From contig CAZQXN010000010.1 in assembly GCA_964597545.1 (NCBI GenBank), positions 140-64,139 of the forward strand: a stretch of DNA of 64,000 nucleotides. Direction: 5' to 3'. Shown one piece after another: positions 37,970 to 47,053 of the stretch; the first letter of the stretch is position 1; each line of letters begins with the position of its first letter. Both the position numbers and the translations under genes were made by a program. Below the pieces are notes generated by a model, which saw only the letters and a list, made by a program, of their open reading frames with translations, ran no database searches and was not told the origin of the DNA. Source of the DNA: an uncultured Planctomycetia bacterium. Its GTDB lineage: Bacteria > Omnitrophota > Gorgyraeia > 1-14-0-20-64-10.

Positions 37970-38569
37970 CTAAGACTCCGGAGATTGAAAAAGGACGCGC
38001 ACGGTAAAAGCCGCCGTAGGCTTGGACCAAGTGCTCGGCAGCGGTGGAAAGGGTGCTGCAGCCTTGAGGCCTCGACTCGCCACCTCTCTAAGTTGTTGAG
38101 GCATCCCTGCCGAATCAGCTACAGCGCGCGCTTGCTGCAAGTGCCCCTGTCGATCCACAATGAAATGAAGTAGCACCGCACCCTCAACACCACTGAGCGG
38201 GAATCGAATCTCTCGCCCAATCTTAGAACGAAGCTGCTCCAGATAAGGCTGGAGGGCCACTGGATGCTCTCCGGGACGGGGCGAAGGGGTCTCAAGCGCT
38301 CGGGTCTCTTTGACCCTTGTCGTAAGCGGCTCATCGGAATTGAGCCTGCGGGGCACAGCAGTGGGTTTGGGCTGAGCAAGTTGGAGTGCGGGACCAGTTG
38401 TCCCGATGTAGATAAACTCCGCCTCAACCGCTTGAGGGGGATGCGGCTTCAACTGCTCCAACCAACCCCAGCCGGTCGCTGCCCAGGCAGCGCCGGCATG
38501 GAGCAGACAGGAGAGTAGAAGCGCTACTCGGAAGCTGTGACCGTTACGGTCGAACGTCGGGCGAGCCAT
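37970..38569 (-). CDS. TonB-like periplasmic protein (second copy)
   Basis: Signal/anchor LLLSCLLHAGAAWA, C-terminal region resembling TonB C-terminal domain. Confidence 0.5.
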   Translation of the reverse strand: MARPTFDRNGHSFRVALLLSCLLHAGAAWAATGWGWLEQLKPHPPQAVEAEFIYIGTTGPALQLAQPKPTAVPRRLNSDEPLTTRVKETRALETPSPRPGEHPVALQPYLEQLRSKIGREIRFPLSGVEGAVLLHFIVDRQGHLQQARAVADSAGMPQQLREVASRGLKAAAPFPPLPSTWSKPTAAFTVRVLFQSPES

Positions 38570-39042
38570 CGGAGAAATAGCTCAAAGCACCCAAAAAGCA
38601 AAAAGGTATAGGCCAGATCACCAACCAACCCAAAGCGATAGAAGGGAATCCCCGCTACGAAACAGGCGGTGAGCCCCTCAAGGGTCGGTGGATACCACCC
38701 CAGCGCCCAAACGCCGAAGTTGGAGATCAGGAAAAAGAGGGTGGAGCCCGCCAGGGAACCGGCAGCCAACCGCAGGGGGGTGCGGCGCTCACGCAGGAAA
38801 CGGCCGATCAGACCGCTCAAGGCTACCGCCACCCAACCAAACAGATGCACGGCCTTAAGCCCCAGGAAGAGATCCCCTGCCCCAATGGCCAATACCGGAA
38901 CAATCAGGGCCCAGCGCTTGGGCAACACTGCCCCGCAGAAAAGCCCCATTCCGATGATCGGAGCAACATTGGGCGGGTGCGGCAGAAAGCGCGCCACCGC
39001 TGCCACAACAACAAAAAGAATAGCCAGAGAACGCTGCGTCAT
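38524..39042 (-). CDS. small polytopic membrane protein (DUF6580-like, typically adjacent to TonB-dependent B12 receptors)
   Basis: ILFVVVAAVARFLPHPPNVAPIIGMGLFCGA N-terminus and 4-5 TM helices. Confidence 0.5.
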   Translation of the reverse strand: MTQRSLAILFVVVAAVARFLPHPPNVAPIIGMGLFCGAVLPKRWALIVPVLAIGAGDLFLGLKAVHLFGWVAVALSGLIGRFLRERRTPLRLAAGSLAGSTLFFLISNFGVWALGWYPPTLEGLTACFVAGIPFYRFGLVGDLAYTFLLFGCFELFLRWLARRSTVTVTASE

Positions 39043-39119
39043 TTCAACCTCCTTGATTGCCCTAAAGAACCTGTTGCTGTTCTATCTTACCATCACAGTT
39101 GCTCAAAGCCCGAACCCAT

Positions 39120-41084
39120 TTACAAATCCCAGCCTACACCGGCCACCCAGGTCCTGGGAGGTGCGGGGTTCTCACCGGTAGAAACCGTGCTTCCATTGGA
39201 GGAGGCAAAGGTCTGGTACTCCTCATCCAAGAGATTGAGTACCTTGAAATAGACCTTCGTTTTGGGAAACTGGTACTCAACGGTACCGTTGACCACCCCG
39301 TACTTGTCAGCCAGCATCTTGTTGTTAAAATCGTTGATCCGAAACTGCTTACCCACCCACAGCGCATCCAGGTCCACAGTGAGTTTCTCGGTCACCGGCA
39401 GGCGCAACCCCCCTGTGATCCGCGCCTTTGGGGTAATGGGCAAAGTGTTGCCGGTATAGGCGCCCTTATGAAACCTGGCCCGGGTCCAACTGAAGGTGAG
39501 GTAGTAGGAGAGAGCTTTAAGTTTTTCCAGAATTCCGCTTACATTGAATTCCAGCCCCGCCCGTGTTGTGGTGTAGTTGGCATTGGCCCAAGTGGTGGCA
39601 TCATAAAGAATCTCATCCTTGGTATGCACCACGAACCCGGCTACCTTGACCTTGGCCCAGGGGGCAGCCTTCCAGCGCACCCCGCCTTCGTAGTGATCTG
39701 CCTGCTGAGGCTTGAGGGTAACCGCATCGTTGTAGGGCGGCAGCGGTGCATCCAGGTCATCAATGTTGGGCGCCTTAAAGGCCCGGGCCGCGCTCCCATA
39801 CAGATTCAAGCGGTCACTGAGCTTGTAGTTGATGCCAAGCTTGGGGCTTCTCCCGGAAAAGCGCAAAACCCCGGAGAAGGCCGGCCAGGTCAGATCCTCA
39901 TCATACCGGCTCTTGTCGTACCGGAAACCCAGCGTTACCGTGAGCCTCTCCAGCAATTCAATCGCCTCCTCCACAAAGAGCCCATAGATCCATCGGTTCG
40001 ACTCGGATTTGGTGGCGGTTCGGTTCCCGGTCACTGCTTTGTCCTTGGCCCAATCCACGCCAAAGATGGTCGTCGCACCCCAGCCCTCTGCCGAAAACTC
40101 ATGACTGGCACGTAACCCTGCGCCGAAGGTAGAGGTGATCGTCCCAAACCGGGCGGGCGTGACTGAGTCTACCTCCCGCTTGTGGAGAAAGAGGTTGCTG
40201 ACCACTGTCCAGGAATCGTTGAGCCGGCGAGTCAGGCTCAGGGAAGCCGAGCGCTGCCAATCATCAAAGAGGCCAGGGAATGATCCAGCCCCCTTGCGGT
40301 TCTGTTCAACAGTCGCTGTGGTAAGCCCACCCGAATAACCGCTGGTATCTTCGTGGTTGGTCAGATGAAGGTCGATCTGCGTCTCTGGGGTGGGACTCCA
40401 GCCGGCAAAGAGATTTGCGGTGGTACCCCGAGATTTTATGCGATCCCGGTAGCCGCCCCCCTCCATCCGGGTCACCCCTAAGCTGTAGGAGACCTCACTC
40501 AAACGACCCTGCATCAGTGCGGTAGACCGGTGATGAAGATAGCTGCCAATCTCTGAGGAGCCCTCAAACTCGAGGGGTTTCTCCCCCCCCTGCTTTGTGA
40601 CGATGTTGATCACACCGCTCAAGGCCCCTTCCCCGTAAATGGTCCCGCCGCCGCCTCGGAGAATCTCAATGCGCTCGACCTGCTCCATGGGAATGGCCAG
40701 CCAGTGAACCTCGTCCCCGGTGATCCGGTTCTGGCGCACACCGTTGACCAAAACCAAGGCGCCGGTCCGGGAGCTGTTGACAAACCCGCGTAAGTTGAGC
40801 CCCGAATCGGCCCCAAGCCCAAACCCACGCGAGTCAATAAGGCTGACCCCCTCGTACTGTGCCAGCAAATCCGGAAGGTTCGCAGCCCCTGAGGCGGTAA
40901 TCTCCTCTTCAGAAACAACGGTGACATTGCCTGGGAAGGCCGATTCTTGGATCTGAAGACCCGGGATGCGCCGTGGGGTAATGAGGAGATCGCCTAAGGA
41001 GACTGCCTCTTCGGCAGCTGAAACTACCGGTGGGAAAAACGTGAGCGCGGCCCCGATGATCAGGGCCTTAAAACAAAAATTCAT
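39120..41084 (-). CDS. btuB: TonB-dependent outer membrane receptor (BtuB-like, preceded by cobalamin riboswitch)
   Basis: Signal peptide, plug domain with NLRGF..ALVLVNGVRQN...ERIEILRGGGGTIYG, long beta-barrel. Confidence 0.85.
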   Translation of the reverse strand: MNFCFKALIIGAALTFFPPVVSAAEEAVSLGDLLITPRRIPGLQIQESAFPGNVTVVSEEEITASGAANLPDLLAQYEGVSLIDSRGFGLGADSGLNLRGFVNSSRTGALVLVNGVRQNRITGDEVHWLAIPMEQVERIEILRGGGGTIYGEGALSGVINIVTKQGGEKPLEFEGSSEIGSYLHHRSTALMQGRLSEVSYSLGVTRMEGGGYRDRIKSRGTTANLFAGWSPTPETQIDLHLTNHEDTSGYSGGLTTATVEQNRKGAGSFPGLFDDWQRSASLSLTRRLNDSWTVVSNLFLHKREVDSVTPARFGTITSTFGAGLRASHEFSAEGWGATTIFGVDWAKDKAVTGNRTATKSESNRWIYGLFVEEAIELLERLTVTLGFRYDKSRYDEDLTWPAFSGVLRFSGRSPKLGINYKLSDRLNLYGSAARAFKAPNIDDLDAPLPPYNDAVTLKPQQADHYEGGVRWKAAPWAKVKVAGFVVHTKDEILYDATTWANANYTTTRAGLEFNVSGILEKLKALSYYLTFSWTRARFHKGAYTGNTLPITPKARITGGLRLPVTEKLTVDLDALWVGKQFRINDFNNKMLADKYGVVNGTVEYQFPKTKVYFKVLNLLDEEYQTFASSNGSTVSTGENPAPPRTWVAGVGWDL

Positions 41085-41181
41085 GATTCACCTCCCTCGA
41101 GTGAAATCGATTTATTTTAGAGAGGCATCGCGAGGTCTCCTGGCTTCCGTTCTTCCTACTTTCCGCGCCTTCCCACCCTAA

Positions 41182-41208
41182 GTACTAAAGGGTCAGACCC
41201 TTTGGTAC
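41182..41208. repeat. copy of 27-bp palindrome (GTACTAAAGGGTCAGACCCTTTGGTAC) between riboswitch B12 box and receptor start
   Basis: Seen directly; 1 arm mismatch relative to copies at 11123 and 60479. Confidence 0.8.
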
Positions 41209-41335
41209 ATGAGCAGTGGCATTTGTGCGGATTTCGTCCCGGTTACAGTTGCGGGGCAGCGCCTGCTTTTACAGGCTTCCCTGACACGATGCTGCTATCC
41301 AAATTGTGGAATGGTTGTACAACAAGCGGGGCAAT
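41195..41335 (-). promoter_or_regulatory. cobalamin (AdoCbl) riboswitch in 5' leader of TonB-dependent receptor gene
   Basis: Minus strand reads ...CAGGGAAGCCTGTAAAAGCAGGCGCTGCCCCGCAACTGTAACCGGGACGAAATCCGCACAAATGCCACTG... containing conserved GCTGCCCCGCAACTGTAA core and GCCACTG B12 box; boundaries approximate. Confidence 0.75.
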
Positions 41336-41350
41336 GCAGTCAAGCAGTAA

Positions 41351-44300
41351 TTACGCGTAAACCGCGTGAATGAGCTGACCCTGCTCATCCTCGACGGTAA
41401 CAAAGCGAAGATTCAATAGTTGCCTAACGGTGAGATTCTTATTGATATTCAAAACCACCCAGGCCAAAGGATGCAAAGCCTCCATCTCTTGAATCGAAAA
41501 AGCCTGCATCCGAACCCCATCGACAGAGCCTGCCGGCGCAACCAGCATCCAATCGTAAGCTCCCAGGCCCGGCGGACGAATGAGGCTGGGGCGGTTACTA
41601 AGCAGATCCCGCAAATCCTCCTTGTGAACAACAAAGTCCATTCCTTTCGCCGGACGCTGGCGAAGGTGCCTGTAGATCGCCCGCCCAGCGGCCAATCTTA
41701 AGCTTGGGTCGGCAAACAGGGTAAAGCGCCCGGGAATCACTGGAGTCACCTCCCCTGCCGCTTGGATCTCAACCCGCTGCTGTTCGGTCAGTTGGCCGCC
41801 GTACTGCTCAAGGAAGGGATCGGCCTGAATCGTCTGATCCCTTCCAAAAACCCGGTCCTGCCACCACGGCTGCTGCGCCACGGCGGCCGCCATACCGCCA
41901 ACAGTTGCTGCATGCAGGACTTGCCGACGGGTCATCTCTGCAGAAGCCACCATACCACCACCGGTGGCTCCCTGTGGGTTGGACTGCCGAATCATCTCTT
42001 GAGCGGCTGCTATAGCGCCGCTCGTGACTGCCTGTAAGGTTGACTGCCGAATCATCTCTGCAGCGGCTGCCCGCATTGCCCTTTCATCCCCCTCCTCCAA
42101 GCCGGAGGAAAGGATGTCGTTGTCAGAAATAAGGGAGCAGTCTTCTGCTGTAGTAATCTGGAACATCTGTTCGTCTCCCAAATCAAATTGAATGGAGCTT
42201 AAGCCTCTCTCGTCATCGGCAATCAAGCTGGCGCTGGCAATACCACCCGCATCATCCACAGCATTGAAGAACTCGCGAATGGCCTTGGCACTCTTAGCCG
42301 GGTCTGCACCAAAGCCGGGACCGAGCAACAGCGTTGCTTTGCGATCCGGCTTTAATTCGAAAAACCTTCCATGCCGCACATCCACAAACAGCCCCCCCTC
42401 GGCGATGTCGTATGCCAATAGGCGGTAGTCGGCAGGAGCTCCCGGAAGTCCAGGGCGATCTACAACTGATGGTAACACCTGCTCCGGTCTCCCTGCTCCA
42501 ACCCAATCCACCGCTTCAATGGCGCCTGCGCCATCCACATGAATCAGGAATGGGATTTCATTTGTCTGCGTAACGTGGTCTGCCAAACGTCGGTGAAACT
42601 CGGTAAAGCCGTCCGACTCCTGCACGGAGGGCAAGACAGGAATCAAGGCAATGCGCTGGCTTTTCTTGTCAAGGGCAACAGGGCCCTCGCGAACCAGCTG
42701 GCCACCGATCTCCAGCTCAACAGGATGGTTGGCGTCAGTCCATCCCAGAGAGACAGAAAAAGTTACGGTGCGCGGCTCAGAGCGCAAGTCCCGATCCAGG
42801 ATGGTTAGGATCACGGCCTGTTCCTGAACGGCCTGGAGCGACAGGGGTGTGTCCTGAGCGCTACGCAAAAGATCAATCACGATTCGCTCGGGAAACAGAA
42901 GCACAACTTGCCCAATCTTAATCGGGACCGAGATTCCCCCCGTGCTTATCGACCCAGTTCGCTGTTGTTCCAAAGAGGCAAGTCGATCCTGCAGAAAACC
43001 AGCCAGCCTGTCAGGACCCCCGTCTCGCAGCTTTGACTCGAGGAAATCTTTTTTCGCAATGACGGTTCGAGCCAACGAATCCCTTACATACAGCGTTGGG
43101 CCACCCAGCGTCCCATGCCCTTGCCTAAGAAAGCCTTTGCCCTCCAAAACAGCATCGAGTCCCACCTCATGCTCGCCAACCTCCAATGTCACAATAGCTG
43201 CCTGAAACGGAAGCGTAAGCCGGACTTCCTCCAAGCCGGAGGTGGGTTGTTTAACTTGCCTGATCTCAACGCGCTTGGGAGCTTCTGCCCACTGATCAGG
43301 ACGCTTCATCGGGAAGAACAACTCACCATCGGGGTCTTCAGGGGGGGCCAAAATCACCATACTGTATCGGCCTGAAATAAAGATGTTGTCCCCATAAACC
43401 CGCTGCATCGCCAGATCAAGCTCACCCCCACGCTCTTCGTCGATATCGGCTCCATCCAACACCTCAGCAGGACTTTTTGCTGTCGCGTTCTCATACAGAT
43501 AGATTTTCATGCTCGAGGGATGGTTTTCTAGGATATCCTTTCTCACGTCGGAATATGGATTCCGCGACAAATTTACCATCTCATTTGTCAGCTCCTCATC
43601 GCCTTCCTCCAAGCCGGTGGAGTGAGGTGTCCGAGAAACCGATCGGAAATGCGGCTGGGGAACAACAGAGTTTCGGAACTGACGATTTAAGGATGGGAGG
43701 ATGGTTTCTGTGAGCACTCTATCCTCGAAAGCGTCATGATGCCCTCTGCTTCTGGGTAACGCCTCTCTTGGCTCAAAAAGGAATAGCCTGTCGTCATTAA
43801 ATCTCGCCTGGAGGATCCGCTCATGTCGCCCGACATTGGGAGCGTAGACACCAATCAAAACATCTTCAGATATGCCAACCTGCATAGCATCGATGAGCGT
43901 TACGCCTTGGGGTGCTTCGGCACCACTATGGAAATCAAGATCCAACAGGATAATGGCATCGTAGGGCCCGGTTTTCTTCCATGCACTCGCAAAAGCCGGG
44001 CCGGTGTTCGTAACGTAATCCACACGGATGCCTGAACGACCGTGATCGCGAAGCCACTCAGACGTCATCTCTTCGTACACTTGCCCATCACGGGTAGTGC
44101 AGGCAACGATCAAAACCCGCCGCAGCCCCTCCTCCTGGCCGGCGGCAGAGCCTGTTGTGAGGAAACTGAAGGTGCGCCGGGCAATATCCGATTGCAAATC
44201 AGGCGATAGAATAGAATCAAACGAGGTCAGCTTAGAACCGAGCATGTCGGTAGCTTGAGCCTTAGCATTGACAAGGTCTGTAATGTTACGCGTTGTAGCT

Positions 44301-45571
44301 TGTGGTTGCATGTTTGCGTGGATGACTCCGCCGCCTTGCGCAACAGATTGTGCTATCAGCGTTGAGGCTGCCATCAAGTAAAGTGCGCGTCCTGCCTGGG
44401 TTTGACCTCGGCCCAAGATCTCCGGAATCGCTTGTAAGATGCGGTCGGCAGCTCCGGAGTCGATCTTGTAAAAGATGTCGGGCAATTGTCCGGCACGCCG
44501 CATCTCATCAAAACGACCAAGAATATCCTCAAGAGATATATCCATTTCGAACGTCCCTGCACCCATGAGATCCTCCATGGCACGGATAACTGCCACTGAA
44601 ACCACAGCCATGTCCCTTGGATGGACAGCTCCGGGCCAGTCTTTCCAGACAGTCGGCTGCTCTTCCTGCCCAGCAGCAGGGGGACCCCCTGATTCATTTT
44701 CCCCCACATCCTCCTTGGGGAGAAACCGCTGTCGCAGCCTGAGGAATTGATCCACGGCAATGGGTGGCTCTGGCAATCGTTCTGCCGGCGTTACCCTCCC
44801 GTAATCATCAATCAAAAAGACCTGGATAACATGTTCCCTCTCCTGGCCCATTTCATTCTGTCTATTCGCCGCACGGTAACTCACCCCAGGATCCAGATAT
44901 TCGCTTAAGAACTGCTTAAATCCAGCAGGGTTTCTCATGACAACGACGGCTCGTTGGACAACTGGATTTCCGCGAGCATCCTTCCCTTGGAAGGGCGAGC
45001 GCTTCACTGTCGTAACGGTCACGTACCCATCGGGATGAACCCTAAACATGGCGGGATGATCAGCATGCACATCAGGGTCAGGATTCTCTTCGAACGGCTC
45101 GATGTACCACCTGGAGGGAATGGCAAAATCCCGCCCGGTTTTTGAATCATGAACAGCCACCTTGATCTGAATGAAAGGGACCGCCACCAGAGCTTCCCCT
45201 CGGAGTTCCTCGGGGATGTTCAACTGAAGGGTCATATGCAGTGGCGCAAAGTTGGTCTTGGGATTGGGAATATGCGCAGTCAGCGTTGGATCGTCATCTG
45301 CTTGCGGGAGTGGTTGGCGCAGCAGCATTCGTCCGCCTAATGCTGCCAAACCGACTCCGGCAACAGCAATTGCCCACCTTACCAGGAATGATCGACGGGG
45401 TCGTACCTCTTCTAAACCAGAAGAGAGTGCATCGGCAACCAAACCTTGGTCAGCTTGGATGCGGCGCAGGGCAAAGGTGGGGCTCGGCCAAGCCAAGCAA
45501 AGGCTTAACAAAATGGCCAGGGATCTGGCGATAACATTATGCTTCTTTACAGGGCTGAATGGTGTCATCAC
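41351..45571 (-). CDS. giant (1406 aa) signal-anchored secreted protein of unknown function with internal tandem repeats
   Basis: Single long ORF; N-terminal signal/anchor AILLSLCLAWPSPTFA and second hydrophobic segment; recurring SGLEEGDE motif; three ~20-aa tandem repeats AAEMIRQS...; N-terminal ~280 aa paralogous to partial gene at 1..847. Confidence 0.7.
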   Translation of the reverse strand: MMTPFSPVKKHNVIARSLAILLSLCLAWPSPTFALRRIQADQGLVADALSSGLEEVRPRRSFLVRWAIAVAGVGLAALGGRMLLRQPLPQADDDPTLTAHIPNPKTNFAPLHMTLQLNIPEELRGEALVAVPFIQIKVAVHDSKTGRDFAIPSRWYIEPFEENPDPDVHADHPAMFRVHPDGYVTVTTVKRSPFQGKDARGNPVVQRAVVVMRNPAGFKQFLSEYLDPGVSYRAANRQNEMGQEREHVIQVFLIDDYGRVTPAERLPEPPIAVDQFLRLRQRFLPKEDVGENESGGPPAAGQEEQPTVWKDWPGAVHPRDMAVVSVAVIRAMEDLMGAGTFEMDISLEDILGRFDEMRRAGQLPDIFYKIDSGAADRILQAIPEILGRGQTQAGRALYLMAASTLIAQSVAQGGGVIHANMQPQATTRNITDLVNAKAQATDMLGSKLTSFDSILSPDLQSDIARRTFSFLTTGSAAGQEEGLRRVLIVACTTRDGQVYEEMTSEWLRDHGRSGIRVDYVTNTGPAFASAWKKTGPYDAIILLDLDFHSGAEAPQGVTLIDAMQVGISEDVLIGVYAPNVGRHERILQARFNDDRLFLFEPREALPRSRGHHDAFEDRVLTETILPSLNRQFRNSVVPQPHFRSVSRTPHSTGLEEGDEELTNEMVNLSRNPYSDVRKDILENHPSSMKIYLYENATAKSPAEVLDGADIDEERGGELDLAMQRVYGDNIFISGRYSMVILAPPEDPDGELFFPMKRPDQWAEAPKRVEIRQVKQPTSGLEEVRLTLPFQAAIVTLEVGEHEVGLDAVLEGKGFLRQGHGTLGGPTLYVRDSLARTVIAKKDFLESKLRDGGPDRLAGFLQDRLASLEQQRTGSISTGGISVPIKIGQVVLLFPERIVIDLLRSAQDTPLSLQAVQEQAVILTILDRDLRSEPRTVTFSVSLGWTDANHPVELEIGGQLVREGPVALDKKSQRIALIPVLPSVQESDGFTEFHRRLADHVTQTNEIPFLIHVDGAGAIEAVDWVGAGRPEQVLPSVVDRPGLPGAPADYRLLAYDIAEGGLFVDVRHGRFFELKPDRKATLLLGPGFGADPAKSAKAIREFFNAVDDAGGIASASLIADDERGLSSIQFDLGDEQMFQITTAEDCSLISDNDILSSGLEEGDERAMRAAAAEMIRQSTLQAVTSGAIAAAQEMIRQSNPQGATGGGMVASAEMTRRQVLHAATVGGMAAAVAQQPWWQDRVFGRDQTIQADPFLEQYGGQLTEQQRVEIQAAGEVTPVIPGRFTLFADPSLRLAAGRAIYRHLRQRPAKGMDFVVHKEDLRDLLSNRPSLIRPPGLGAYDWMLVAPAGSVDGVRMQAFSIQEMEALHPLAWVVLNINKNLTVRQLLNLRFVTVEDEQGQLIHAVYA

Positions 45572-45652
45572 GGGTAAGGTACAGTTACTACAAGCTTACA
45601 CTCTGAGAGGCCATTTTTCAAGTCAAATAGCTAAAACTGTATTACTACTTAC

Positions 45653-46156
45653 CTAGGGCGCAGGGGCGTAGAAGAGTTGGAGCCCGGTATGAACCGCAAA
45701 ACTGACAATCAACCCTGAAAAGATCACTCCGCAGGCAATGGCTGGCAAGGCAATACGAAAGGGAAACCGGAAGATATAGGCAGCTGCGCATCCTGTCCAA
45801 GCACCGGTGATGGGCAGTGGAATCATCACAAAGAGGGTCAGTCCCACTGCTTCCAGCCGGCGAACAAACCGGGTCTTGGCCTCAGTGGAATAGAAAAGCC
45901 AGGTGAAAAACTTCTCGAAGAACGTAGAGTGGTGGCTCAACCATTTGGAGACACCATCGAGGAAAAGGAGCAGCGGAATGACCGGCAAGAGGTTCCCCAG
46001 CACCGCCCACAGGTAAGCTGATCGAATGGGCATCTCCAACAGGGTATGCCCAATGGGAATCGCACCCCTGAGCTCTGAAATCGGCAAGGTGGCAATCCAA
46101 AAGACGATCCACCGAGGCGGAAGGTTCTGCAGGAACTCAACGATGCTCTCGATCAT
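45653..46156 (-). CDS. small polytopic membrane protein (COG2426-like)
   Basis: 4 predicted TM helices; no catalytic motif. Confidence 0.45.
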   Translation of the reverse strand: MIESIVEFLQNLPPRWIVFWIATLPISELRGAIPIGHTLLEMPIRSAYLWAVLGNLLPVIPLLLFLDGVSKWLSHHSTFFEKFFTWLFYSTEAKTRFVRRLEAVGLTLFVMIPLPITGAWTGCAAAYIFRFPFRIALPAIACGVIFSGLIVSFAVHTGLQLFYAPAP

Positions 46157-46830
46157 TCAGATCCGGTCTCCTCTGCTCCAACCTCTCCAGACTTCCAGCC
46201 GGCCTCGCCTACCAAAGGAACAAAGAGGCAACCGCACAGATCCTTTGTCTCTAGCTTACCCTCGTGACGCTCCACCAATCGCAGGGTCTGCGCCAAGGGA
46301 TCCCCGACCGGAAGAATCATGCGACCAGCTTCGGCCATCTGCTGAATGAGCGGCTCCGGTACGTTAGGGGATGCAGCCGTCACCACGATACGATCAAATG
46401 GAGCCTCTTGGGCCCAACCAAGGGTACCATCTCCTGACCGAATTGTAACCCCTTTTATACCAAGGGGTTCGAGCCGCTCTTGGGCATCTTGGGCAAGGGC
46501 TTCGATGCGTTCAATGGAGTAGACGCGCGCTCCCAAAGCCGCCAAGATGGCGGTTTGATAACCAGAACCGGTCCCCACCTCTAAAACCTTGGCGCCAGTG
46601 CAAACCTCAAGGCGTTCAGTCATCAAGGCTACAATGTAAGGTTGAGAGATGGTCTGGCCGGATCCGATGGCCAGGGGGCGATCTTCGTAGGCCTGCGCTT
46701 GGCGATCCTCAGGAACAAATCGGTGCCTGGGTACCAAACGCATGGCCTTAAGCACCTTAGGATCCTGGATGCCGCGGCGCACCAACTGCTCGGCCACCAT
46801 CCGCTTCCGCTCCTCCTCAAACTGCCTCAC
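46153..46830 (-). CDS. pcm: protein-L-isoaspartate O-methyltransferase
   Basis: ISQPYIVALMTE and VLEVGTGSGYQTA SAM-binding motif. Confidence 0.9.
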   Translation of the reverse strand: MRQFEEERKRMVAEQLVRRGIQDPKVLKAMRLVPRHRFVPEDRQAQAYEDRPLAIGSGQTISQPYIVALMTERLEVCTGAKVLEVGTGSGYQTAILAALGARVYSIERIEALAQDAQERLEPLGIKGVTIRSGDGTLGWAQEAPFDRIVVTAASPNVPEPLIQQMAEAGRMILPVGDPLAQTLRLVERHEGKLETKDLCGCLFVPLVGEAGWKSGEVGAEETGSE

Positions 46831-47053
46831 CTAAGCACCCTCCGCCCATGGCGCAGTCGAGGGAAAGTATGGGGCGATGCTGCGGTGGGGCGGTCCACAC
46901 GCGCACCGTTGGGAGGCCGTGCGGGCATGGTGTCCCCGCTGCGTAATGTGGCTGGGGACGAGCACGGCCGGATACCGGAGCGAGGATCGCCTCGCTGGGG
47001 CGATCCGAGCGGTGCGCGGTGGACCGACCCGACGCAGGAGCACCCCAATGTGA

